A stretch of 64,000 bases of DNA, from the NCBI RefSeq assembly GCF_040938485.1, contig NW_027271496.1, forward strand, positions 930,001 to 994,000. Reading direction: 5' to 3'. The notes beneath the pieces were generated by a model. It worked only from the letters and a program-made list of their open reading frames with translations. It searched no databases and was not told where the DNA came from. Shown in pieces: positions 1 through 15,248 of the stretch (positions within the stretch are counted from its first letter, which is position 1; each line of letters begins with the position of its first letter). The position numbers were made by a program, and so were the translations under genes. Source of the DNA: Diadema antillarum. Lineage: Eukaryota.

Positions 1-229
1 GGGTTACCAGTTAGAACATTGTGCTCCAAAATACACTCGCGCATTGAGTACGTTTAGATACTGTAGTCTAGATTTCAGACCGTTTATGTTACTGCATATG
101 CAACATAGACTAACTAAAAAAAAAAAACCCAAAACACATACACACAGGCACAGACACATACACACACACAAGCACAAATGCACATGGGCCTACACCAATA
201 CACACACAAGTTCTCCTTCCTCCCTCCCT

Positions 230-260
<31 letters not shown>

Positions 261-2599
261 GTTAAAGACAGTGCTATAAAGTCACACCTACATTTATAAT
301 ACTTTTGATTTGTTGTTGTTGTTGTTGTTTTTGCTTTTATTTGTTGTTCTTGTTTTATACGTCTATAAACAAAATATGATGTGATTGGTCCCCCAGGCCT
401 CTTCATAGCAAGTTTTAAATTCAGTGTTGTGGTTGATTACCAGATTAAAGGAAGATCAAAGGTCTTCAAAATCAGTGTCCGGTACATTTCTTACAATCCT
501 TGAAAAGAAGGTAATTTGAATCTGCACTGTTAATAGCCCCGTTAATAATTGTATGACACAATCAGAAAAACACAAAATGAAGAGAATGATGGGAGAAAAA
601 CAAGCAAACAAAGAATAGCAAAAGTTGATAATAACATACGTCTCCTGCTTTCTTGTTAGGCCCCTAATACCCAACTGGTTTATGTATATATCATGATGCA
701 AAATTACTAATAATGAAATTCTATAACATATTTTTTGTATATAAACGCGCAAGTTCATCAATTATAATCATGAAGGTCGGGTTTAGACACTCACTCGTCG
801 ACAAATCAGAATGATACGTGGTTTTCACGATTTATGAAACTAAAAGGCTGAAAATCTTAGCACTGTAATGTCAGTTAAAAAAGGGTCGAGAATTTTGGTA
901 GCATTGACACGGGTATGTAGTCAAGGTAGCCGCCGAATCGCTGTCTATTCTTTAAAGACTAACTTTGATCCTGGATCGTCAATCGATATCCTCGTGTGTA
1001 CAGATAAACAGTCATGCAAATTGTGATCGCTCAAAGAGAATCGAATGTCTCCATATATGGGCATTGAACCCTGGCCAGTGTTTACATGCCCGAAACACAG
1101 AGCAATGGTATCTGTTGCACCCATTGGCAACCTGCTGTATGTACGGTGGATAATTATGATTTCTGAGTTGAGCAGTCCATATAGGGCAGTGTAGGAGTGA
1201 ACACGGCTTATTTTTCGGCGGTACGTAGAGAGCATAATGTGATGTCGTTCTTCTTAATATTGTGGTAAAAAGAAAAGATTTCGATTGAAAACAATGAGCA
1301 ATGCACATTCCTCCAACAGAATTCATGTAATGTTGCTCCCGTTTCAGATTCCGAGGACCCCAGCTACTTTACGTTGCAGTAGCATCATTATTATCTATTT
1401 TAGGAGAGCGAAAGAGCGAATGAAAAAGAAGCATCAAAATTTTATTTAAATTTCATGAATTAAAGACGCTGAGCAAATTGATTTGTTGTACATCCATGCG
1501 CATTTTTTTTTTTTTTTTGTCAGACAAAAACATTTATCGGGTTGCTAGGACATATTTGAAAAAAAGTCGTGGATCCGGTGACTGCCTTATTTGGTATGTC
1601 CACGGTGGGTTCATATTGCCATCTATAAGCTGTATACTGTTGTTGACTGGGCAGCAGTGTACAGGTAGTTGACCAAATAAGGTATTAGAGAGCAACTGCT
1701 CCATCCCCTCCCCCCCCCCCTCCATACACACACACACATACATCTACACACTTACACACATGGTGATCATAACAACGCTCAAGTCATTATTATTGCGACA
1801 TTGATAACCGTATCATTCAGTGAAACGAGACTGGAATTACCGTCTACCCCAATAACCACCTATTCCATATACCGTTTTTCTTGTTGATAGTTACTAATAA
1901 CCAAATCGCGATTGCTTTAATCCATTTTTCTTTGGTGATTGTGCTGACAACTTTTTTTTTTTTTAGATTAATGGACTGTCACATTTCACAATGATATCAA
2001 ATTTTACTGTCTGTAAGATGGACAATCATTATTCTTCACCCTCTCTTCAAAATCAGTTGAAAGGTTCCGTCAGCAAATACACTGTATGAATGAAAAGCTG
2101 AAAAAAAAACAGATACGAGGATTCAGAGCAAATATCTTATTATCAATATGATTTAGCGCTTGTCTATATTGCTCATCCAAGATATATAGCCCTACCTTCT
2201 TTGTTATGTCATCGTAATGTACATAAGTGGTCAAGCACCCTTCAATTTTTATCTAAGGACATAGAATCATGTAAAAACTCTTATTGTTATATACGTTGGT
2301 GAATCACCGCTTGCGATTGGCTCTTTTCTTATAAACATCTGTAAGAGAGAGCGAAGGGGAGAGGCAGACAGAGCGTATGGAGAGAGTAACAATAGAAGAG
2401 TGAATGAGTAATCGAATCAACAGCAAACAAACTCTGCTCCAAATGGTCTTGTTTATTCACTTCGTTATCTGCCACCGGCGATTCTAACTGACTATGAATA
2501 TTCATGACAATACCACGACAAGATTTCAAATGCGCACAGCTCCAGTAATCGTTTTTAAAAAGATCCTTTGAGTTCGAATCATCTAGGTTTCAGAGCGAA

Positions 2600-2690
2600 C
2601 CATATAAGGACATTGTGATCTAACATTGCGCAAGTAATTTTTGATCCCAGATGTGTATAAATACTGGACTCGGTCCAGCTTTAGCAGTCA
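2600..2690 (+). promoter_or_regulatory. Actin-type core promoter of A1: CArG box, TATA box and initiator
   Basis: CCATATAAGG at 2600-2609 is a perfect CC(A/T)6GG SRF site. TATAAATA is at 2656-2663, and an Inr-like GCAGTC has its A at 2686, 30 nt after the TATA start. CArG plus TATA is the established architecture of actin promoters. Confidence 0.7.
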
Positions 2691-2860
2691 TTGGAAACTT
2701 TCCTTCATGAGAAGACAGATCTACCAGCCACACACACAGAAGTGACCATCTAGGACCCAGCATTCAGGAACAAGTTTTGGGACGTCTTGAGAAAAGTTAA
2801 CAGGAATTCAACCAGGTCTTCGGTGCAGTCAGCAGTCAGCCGATCAGCAACAAATTATAG
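2686..2860 (+). other. Putative non-coding first exon (5' UTR) of A1
   Basis: Runs from the predicted start site to the donor TATAG|GTAAAC at 2860/2861. Candidate acceptors TTCCAG or TTTCAG lie at about 3266-3272, upstream of the ATG at 3319. Confidence 0.5.
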
Positions 2861-3120
2861 GTAAACGATATTTGACACTATCTAATTTTAAGTGTCATAA
2901 TTATATACGTTAATCCCTTATTACATGTTTTTCAAGATTATTTCTTTCCTCATTTGATTTTGTGCAAGGCTAATTATACATTGTCTTTCTGAAAAGGTTT
3001 GATAAATTCTAACTGAACGCCCGTAAACTTCATCACCTCCCCCCCCCCCAAAAAAAATAGTCTTGTTTCCTGTAAAATTCATGAAATTCCTAAAACGTCT
3101 GTAAATAGTTTCAAGAATAG

Positions 3121-6804
<3,684 letters not shown>

Positions 6805-8032
6805 ATCATTTCAAGACTGAAGTTTATGGATTTTGAAATACCTCGTGAATTCTGTAGTAGGCATAGTAAGAGTTGTGTCCACTGTTCCACCAAGGAACTG
6901 CCATGTGCGTCGCTCTTACGCACCTGATCATGGCATTGCTAACGCTGAAGTTATATCAAGGTTGTTTGGTTGTTTAGACAACCAAACAAAGTTAAAAAGG
7001 AACAGAGCTTTGTCGCGCGTTTCTACATGTTTTATTTTATTGAAAGATGCATTTGTTCCTAAAAGCAGTCACCAACAAAAGTGACAAAACAACACTTTAC
7101 AATTAGAAACAAAAGATTATAGAATCAGATTATCTGCGGAAAAGATTTAAAAACAATATATCAGTTATAGCGGAGACAACGGAAAGCAGGATGTGGCAAA
7201 GTGTTTGCAATTTCATCAGATCGTCTTAAGGTAAGAAGGAGCATGATATTGTATGCAACCGATATTTGTCTACGAAATGTGAACCCTCGCTGTGTCCGAG
7301 ATATTATGGTAGTACAAGTACACTGTACTCGCGTATATTTATCGCAAAAGTTTTCATATAATTTGGGATCAGTTGCATTGATTTCATATCTTTTAGTTAT
7401 GAAAAACGGAAGAGTGGCAAAACCGAACTTAATCATCTTAATATCACCCTGATCAGTCAGACAGTAATTGTAGGGAACGATAATGACATGTGAAAATGAC
7501 ATAATAATAGGTCCTCATATGCTTTCGGTACATGTTAACTAATAATATAAGAGAAGAAAATATAATAAAGTATATACGTTGACACAAACGAATTGTGAAA
7601 GAACCTGCATAAATTATGGTACGCACCACCTTTGAGACAAAAAGGCAATAATAAGTTATTTCGGGGGTTTTTTTTTTATATCCGAGAGGTAGAATGGTAT
7701 ACCATGGAGGTGGAAATTTCCTAGGGAAGACCATTTTGAGACATAAATGCAATATCATGTTTTTGGTTTTTTTTGTCCGAGCAGCAGAAAACAACGCTAG
7801 ATGTATCATATCGATGTATTTTTGTAAAGCAATATTGTAGATAAATATATATCATGGTAAAGATTAAGAATGGGTTTTGTCCCACATTTTGAATTGTGTG
7901 GCTCATTTTGTAGAGAAGAGAAAGAGAGAGAGACAAAGAAAGGGAAGAGACAGGGAGACACAGGGGACGAGAGAAGATGAAGACTTTTTAATCATAAAAG
8001 AAACAACTAATATAGAGTATAAGTTGATTAGA

Positions 8033-8230
8033 NNNNNNNNNNNNNNNNNNNNNNNNNNNNNNNNNNNNNNNNNNNNNNNNNNNNNNNNNNNNNNNNNNNN
8101 NNNNNNNNNNNNNNNNNNNNNNNNNNNNNNNNNNNNNNNNNNNNNNNNNNNNNNNNNNNNNNNNNNNNNNNNNNNNNNNNNNNNNNNNNNNNNNNNNNNN
8201 NNNNNNNNNNNNNNNNNNNNNNNNNNNNNN
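8033..8230. other. Assembly gap; further gaps at 49862-49999, 55059-55195 and 59546-59766
   Basis: Runs of N. ORF-track entries spanning them are artefacts. Confidence 0.99.
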
Positions 8231-9380
8231 AATATATATATCGTCATCAGCATCCAACAACTTTTAATGGGTGTACCATTAATAGCTGTTGGACGCTGAT
8301 AAAGCATTACAGTATCTTCTTTTCATCTTTGAAATTTGTGTGAACCACGTGAAATAAAATTACATGTACGAAAATCCTCATTATATGTGTACGGGGTGGT
8401 TGAATGTTTGTGTGTTAATAGAGAGAGAAAATTAGGTACAAGAAAACGAGAAAAGAGAGGGGAAATGCAGAAATAAAATTAATGAAAGAAAGGGTGATAT
8501 GAAATTATCCTAAAAATCACGAGGAAATAAAGAGCGCAGAGAACAACATGGTTTTCAGGCAAGTATATTTACAAACCACGCCCAACACAGAAGGGAATTT
8601 GATGTTGCATACCCCCTATCAACACAAGAACGACACTAACAATTCAATTAGATTCAAATCAATTCAATTCAATTCAATTCAATTAAATTCAATTCAATTA
8701 AAGTTATCTTTTTTTTTCAAATGAGGTAAAACATAATGCAAATGTACATTTCACAAATTGTATTGATTGATGTGCAAAGAAGTCGTGTAGTCCAAAGTGA
8801 ATGAAAAAGAATATTACAAAACAGAGCATGTTGAAAAGAAATAAATAATAAGGGAAGCAATGCAAACTTTTCAAAAGTTGACAGGACATTCAATAATCAG
8901 ATGGTGGAAACATGGATCCTTGGGTCCATGGTGGAAAGAAGTGATCCCCTGAAACTCAAAGCCAAATTGTTCCCATCATATTGATTAAGATGTCGGTGTA
9001 TTCTGTTAGTTGTTGTTGTTGTTGTTGTTGTTGATGTTGATGTTGTTGTTGTTGTCCAGTTGTTGTCGTTGTCTTTGTTGTTGTAATAGCGCTAATCAGT
9101 TTGTTTGTAAAAGTGCAGAATAGGAAATTATTATTATGATAATGATGATTAATGATACGGTCGTCATTACAGATGAAAGCTCGAATATTATTACAAAAAA
9201 ACAACAACAACGATTTGATTTTCTGGCATTGCACGTAGATATAATAGTTATGTACTTATGTATGCGTTTATGAATACAACCGAAAGATTTGGCAAACAAA
9301 ATTACTATCGTTATCATCAGATCATACGAGCTATATCGTGGTTAGTCATACATAAATAGCTTCTTGAAACAACAGCAGAC

Positions 9381-9414
<34 letters not shown>

Positions 9415-9802
9415 TGACTAATTTTAGATGTTACAACAGAGATTATGAGAGAACGTTTCTTGACAGGGGAATTTAGATTAGTAGGTTTATGTGTTTCAAG
9501 GATTTTGATAATTATGTTACGCCTGCACTGCGAAGAGTTACATTTGACAGCAACAAAGTTATCGCATATATGTACTTTGAGAATTTGAGTATTGATACAA
9601 ATCTTACACTTTGTCTTACAACCAATAATTTCTCTCACCAATCAAGAGATTTAAGAACTGATTATTTAGACAACTTATTTAGATGCGCTTGAAGATCTTG
9701 ACGCAGCGTCTCGGCTTTGATATCTGCTCCTTTTTTAAGGATAACGCACTTGTAGCCATTGTGATTTGTATATTAAGTACAATGATATACCCCCCCCCCC
9801 CC

Positions 9803-9839
<37 letters not shown>

Positions 9840-9898
9840 ACTTATCTTTAATCTTAAATTTGTGGAGCAAAATGATGGTTTTGATAATATTTTAAGAG

Positions 9899-12800
9899 CT
9901 AGAAGCAGCGTCTGGAAACAATCCAAGGTCCGTATTCGTCATACTCTTCTTTAGAGACCCATAGACCCTCATTGAGAGGGCTTTGGGTAGCGAACATTGA
10001 CCCTCCGACCCACGAAGCGTGGTTCCGTGGTGCCGTTACTTTAACTTCCGTTGACGACGGAAACAAAATGGCAAGCTCCTTCTGCAGTCGTTCGCTAAGC
10101 CCGGGATACATGGTGGGTCCACCGGAGAGTACGATGTTGGCCAGGAGATCGTTCCGGATGTCGACGTCGCATCTCTTTACCGTATACTGAATCATCTCGT
10201 GGATGCCTGACACCTCGAGTTCCATTAGACTGGGATCGAAAAAGAGTTCGGGAACGACGAATCGTTCTTTTGCGACGGTCACGACTTTTCCGTCTGGAAG
10301 AGTATAGTGCTCTGTGATCGTCGACGATATGATAGAGTTTGCGATCTCCATTTCTCTTTCAAAGTCGAGAGCGACGTAGCACATCCTCTCTTTGATGTCA
10401 GTGGCAACTCTCCAATCCGCTATGGCAATGGAAATAAAAACAAGAATTCAAATTTTCCTTAACGTTATAATATTATTGTAGCCTTTTTGCAGGGAAAACA
10501 GTTGTTATAGTAAGTTGTTAAATTATCTACCAAATCAGGGTAATCACAGATGCCTTACATGTCCAAACCAGCAGGAGGTTTTGAGGCGTATATTATATCA
10601 CCTCTTTAATCTACACCAGTCACCTTTTTTTGCGACCATTAAGTCTAATCAGTAAGTCAGTCAAACAAAAAACAACAACAACAAACAAACAAACAAAAAT
10701 ACCACAATTTTACAAAATTCATTCACCTTTTTACTCTATGTCCATGATGTCCTCTCTGTATGAATTTTAGCTATTCTGCTTATCTGATTCTATTTCATTT
10801 ATTGAAGTCACATGGAATACTATGACAAATCACATGTTATTTTTGTCTTTACTCACCGGTGGTCTCGAACGGGTAGCCCCTTTTTCTGAGCAGGTCGAAC
10901 ATCAACTCAGAGTGTGTGGAACCGGCAAAGTCCATGTGACGCACCTGATGCTTCAGCACGTGGCCCTCGTACACGGGAATCGTGTGGATGCTGCCGTGCC
11001 CGACGTCGAGCACGAGTCCCGTGGTGATGTCGGCAGCGATGAGGGATGCCACGGCGTGGGGGAGGAGGTATAGGGCTGGCACCTCAAACTTTTCAAACAT
11101 TTCCTAAAGGAATATAAGTCGAATCTTAGAGTACTTAGGTTTTTTTTACTCACCGTTTGCCCCAATCTATGTGTACATAGCAATTCCGCTGAAGCACGAC
11201 ATGAACATAGAGCGTAATACTGATTATACTCTCGTAAAAATAAATCAAATTCTTCTTTTCGTGTGAAGTCAATTTACGTCTTTTTTTTTTTAGATTAAAG
11301 TCCCTCCATTCTAGAAATGTAAGCATTTTCATATCTATACATCTCCAACTTTTTCATCTCTCCCTCTCTCCGTTTATTTCTCTGAAAGAAGTAACCTATT
11401 TAACACTTCATTCATTTCATCACAACATCTATTACTTGTCTTAATCGACCATTGTCCGCGCACTCGTGTACACTGAAATGGCAACGTAAGGAAGGACAAA
11501 GGAACAGATATAGGGGTGGGGGTGGGATGGGATCAAGCAAAATGAATTCACTTGCGCCAACTTCTGCCTGTAGACTTAGAGATTCATCGGATGTTCAGTG
11601 AAAAGGACCGGGCGTTCTTCGGGGACGACCTGGAGCTCGTCGTAGAAAGTGTGATGCCAGATCTTCTCCATGTCGTCCCAGTTATAGATGAACCCAAATT
11701 CTACTGGCCATTTCTTCTGAAGCATCTCCCTCTTCTCCTCCGCTTCACGTCCGATATGAAAATCCTTCTCACCCACTGAGTCGGTTGACGTGTCCTACAT
11801 AAATTTCACGGTGTGTACGATAACGAATTTGAATCGGCCACTTCGCGGCTTTTGTGTCAATATTAATCACAAAATGTTCGTTAATACCGTATAGGCTCTT
11901 GTTTAAAAAGCAGCCTCAAAGCTGCAAGGAGCTAGTACAGCAAAAAGAGATGAAAGGTAGAACGCAAGGAGATTAATAAGAACGGGAAATTGAGAAGCAA
12001 AAGAAGGAGGGATTCTACAAGCAAAAAAAAAGATAAGAAGGGGGTGGCAGAAATTAATAATAATAATAATAATTGACAGTGCTTATATAGCGCATAACAC
12101 AAAGTGATAATGTCCCTTTATATGCGCTCAAGAAATAAAAAATGAAAAGATTATACAAAAACATACAATTCCACTTACAGTGATGGTACCGAGCTTCATG
12201 TTTGCTTACACTGTAAACAAATGCGTTTTCAAGGCAGACTTGAATCTATCAGTAATTTGTCTTAATTTCTGAGGTAAATTATTCCATAAAGTAGGGGCAT
12301 TAAAAACAAATGTTCGTTCTCCGTAAAATTTGGTTCTTCTGGATGGAATAACAAATACATCTTTACTTTTTGATCGAAATTTCCTCTCTGGTGTGTAGAT
12401 ATGAAGTAGCTCCCTTAGATAATGTGGAGCAAACATATGAAAACACTCAAATGCTAATAACAGTATCTTAAACTAAATCCGATTTTTCACTGGAAGCCAG
12501 TGTAAGCTTTTTAAAACTGGTGAAATTTGTTCATGTTTCCTGATTTTGGATACTACTCGTGCAGTAGAGTTTTGTATTGATTGTAACCTCTGTATCTGTT
12601 TGACCTGCAATCCATAAAGCAATCCATTACAAAAATCATGGTGGCACATGACAAAAGCATGAACTAATTGTTCTACAAAGAACTTTGAGAAATAACAAAA
12701 CCAAAAGAAGAAGCAAATGAGGAAGAAAGGCATTAGAATTGAAACATGAAAGAGGATAATATGATGAAGGGGAAAATATATAGATTACAATACTTCCAAG

Positions 12801-12981
12801 AAAAAAAAAACACCAACGAGTGAACAGTATGACAATAGCGGTGCACCTGTTTCTTCGGACGTCCTACAACGGCTGGGAAGGTCACCCGTGGTTCGTCTTC
12901 GCCCGCGAAGCCCGCCCGGCACGTACGAGAGCCGCAGTCGATGACTACCGCTGTGCCACCCCCTTCTGGTTCGGTCGTCAT
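9899..12981 (-). pseudogene. A2: divergent actin-like gene with an in-frame premature stop; close paralogue of A3
   Basis: Exons 12981-12847 ([45 protein letters not shown]), 11794-11552, 11103-10857 and 10419-9899 (ends WIVSRRCF*), all GT-AG. Exon 2 reads ...EHPMNL-TAA(11576-11578)-VYRQKLAQ where A3 reads [15 protein letters not shown]. Predicted truncation at 117 aa. Confidence 0.85.
12054..12680 (-). mobile_element. 5'-truncated L2-clade LINE (ORF2 C-terminus, 3' UTR and (ATT)n tail) in A2 intron 1
   Basis: Translates as EQLVHAFV..DFCNGLLYGL..LQSIQNSTARVV..ISPVLKSLHWLPVKNRI*FKILLL..APHYLRELL..YGERTF..APTLWNNLP..LKTHLF, the typical L2/CR1 ORF2 end, with one in-frame TAG. The 3' end is GCGCTATATAAG followed by (ATT)n. 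Confidence 0.85.
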
Positions 12982-13215
12982 TACTGCGACATTCTCTAGG
13001 CGAATTAAAAGGCGGGAGGGGTCGATACGAAGGAAAACGGAAAAAGAAAACAGCAGAGACAGTGATCAACGATATATACGATATGTCATCTATCGGCACA
13101 ATTCAGTTGGAAATAAGTTTTGCATGCAACTGACTGACAAATTGCCCTACAGCGACGTAAATAAGCACTGAATTGATCAGTGTTCTAGTAGTAGCCATGA
13201 TAATCATGGGTGTGC

Positions 13216-13288
13216 GTACTCGAGCAGGATTCGAACCTACGACCTCCTGATTTCCGGACAGGCGTCATCTCCACGAGATCACCGAGCT
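13216..13288 (-). repeat. tRNA-like sequence, probably a tRNA-derived SINE head or tRNA pseudogene
   Basis: Minus strand has a perfect B box GGTTCGAATCC within a T-arm GTAGG/CCTGC and an acceptor-like pairing GCTCGG/TCGAGT. The anticodon arm is non-canonical (no U33), so it is not called a functional tRNA. Confidence 0.5.
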
Positions 13289-13827
13289 TCCGTCCGACAG
13301 CAAGTGTTGATTCTAGTCCTTGTAGCATGCAACGGGTACTACGTAATTGTGCAAATTAATGAAATTGTTAAGTCGAGATGTTTTTTCATTGCAACTAATT
13401 GACACATTGCCCTACCTCTACGTATACATTATGTCTCAGGTTTCATATTCCACTCAGCGCGTCTTGTTCGAGACTAACAGCTGGGCAAAGCTGGGCATGT
13501 TCACTGATACCGAACCGGGCTGGCCAGAAAATACGCAAAAACGGCCCATGTGATGGGAAATGACAGTCTATTTTAGAATCTCCAAAACTGCGGCAATAAT
13601 GCAGCAAAATTAATTTGAATTTGTGTTCCTTAAAGAAAAAAAACAGATATTAGTATAACTTACAGTAGGCATTAGGCGTAAACATTCATAACTGAATCAC
13701 GTACGCCTTAAAATTAAAAATAACAACAACAACAACAGCGGGTGAAAGCACGAGATATCGTTTTAATCATATTCATGTATCAATCAAGCAATCACTCTTT
13801 CACTCACTCACTCAGTCACTCACTATA

Positions 13828-13868
<41 letters not shown>

Positions 13869-13894
13869 ACTCAATCAATCAATCAAGCAATAAA

Positions 13895-13925
<31 letters not shown>

Positions 13926-13996
13926 CTCCATTTATCTAGCTATCTCTCTACTTGTCTATTTTTTCCTACCTATAATATACATCCCTATAAATAACA

Positions 13997-14259
13997 TGAA
14001 GAGTTTGTTCGCAAAAACCGATAAGTCCATTTTTGAAGATTTTGAAGTACGGTCTCTGTCATAAAGTGCAAACTAATACCTTTTAAATGATATATTGGTC
14101 ACTACATATAAAGAAATATTTTTGAAGTTATGGTCAAAAGAAGCAAAAATTTTCTTATAATTTTTTTCTATATTTTTCTTGACCTTTAATCGCAAATATC
14201 TCCATTTGGCAAATATGGACTTATCAGTTGTTGTTTTTTTTTTGCGAACAAACTCTTCA
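13997..14259. mobile_element. MITE-like element with about 30-bp terminal inverted repeats
   Basis: TGAAGAGTTTGTTCGCAAAAACCGATAAGTCCAT ... ATGGACTTATCAG..TTTTGCGAACAAACTCTTCA. Confidence 0.75.
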
Positions 14260-15248
14260 CATGCATATTCATTTGTATTTACCTGGCTATATACTCACCG
14301 CTTCACCAGATTGAAATATCCCACAATCTGAATGCTCCACGAAGTGATCGCGATCCTTTATAACGTCTTTGCACAGAACGATGAAGTTGGTATGCAAAGA
14401 TTCCAGTATGAGCGCAATTTTGTATATGATCTACAATGTAATTTCAACCTAGCTGTTACCGGGACCTCGCATATCCATGCCTAGCAGACGACCGCGGGTT
14501 CATATTCGTGGTTTGTAGTTTTCTGTGCGTGCAATCGTCTGAATGTAATTACAGTCATCCTCTCATAGCTTCACGGCTGGTTTGACGCTTTATACCCTAT
14601 CAACTGACACGATTAAAATATTATGTCGGCTCAACACGACACAGAGTACAGCGAAGCGGAATGATGTAGAAGTACAAAGTTCATGATTTTTCACCAAGTG
14701 GGATATTTAATTAGTGTAACTAAAGTGCGATCTACTATTACACGTCCACTTGTGAACGCACATTTACAATGTGTACAAACAAACACGAAAAGATATGACT
14801 CGAAAAATGTGTCAGGAGGAAATGACGCACATGTAGTCGCGTTTCTTTTTTATGTTTGCTTTACTGTATAATCATAGAGTGTAGATGTGTAATATAACAA
14901 TAGACAAACTTACATGCTAAACAATGCTTAGACATGATTTGTCATCACGGGAGCGTAAAGAAGTCGCTAAATGTTCAATCATGAATTATTTTCTATTTTT
15001 CTTTTTTTTAGCCAAATGAAATAATGTTGCCGTTATTTGTTATTGCAGCTTTGGCATTTTTTTTTTTTTTTTTTTTGCATGGATAACGAATTAACAGCCA
15101 TAATTTACTACATAAGTACAAACCTATACGAATTATACAAAATTATTACAAAGTAAAAATATTTTCCTAATAATAAAATAAGATAAATCTTAATGTTGTC
15201 GAAAAATAGTGTTTTTTTTTTTTTTTGGGGGGGGGTCTGTTCAAAGAG

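Noticed and set aside
44-2550. Short ORFs in the first 2.5 kb, including a possible terminal exon DSEDPSYFTLQ* at about 1348-1381
   Set aside because: Low complexity or no recognisable domain; splice-like signals of this quality occur by chance.
7877-8307. ORFs containing long X runs (also at 54902-55330 and 59402-59846)
   Set aside because: Artefacts of translating through N gaps.
13216-13288. Functional tRNA gene
   Set aside because: The anticodon arm lacks U33 and proper pairing and the acceptor stem is only 6 bp; kept only as a tRNA-like repeat.
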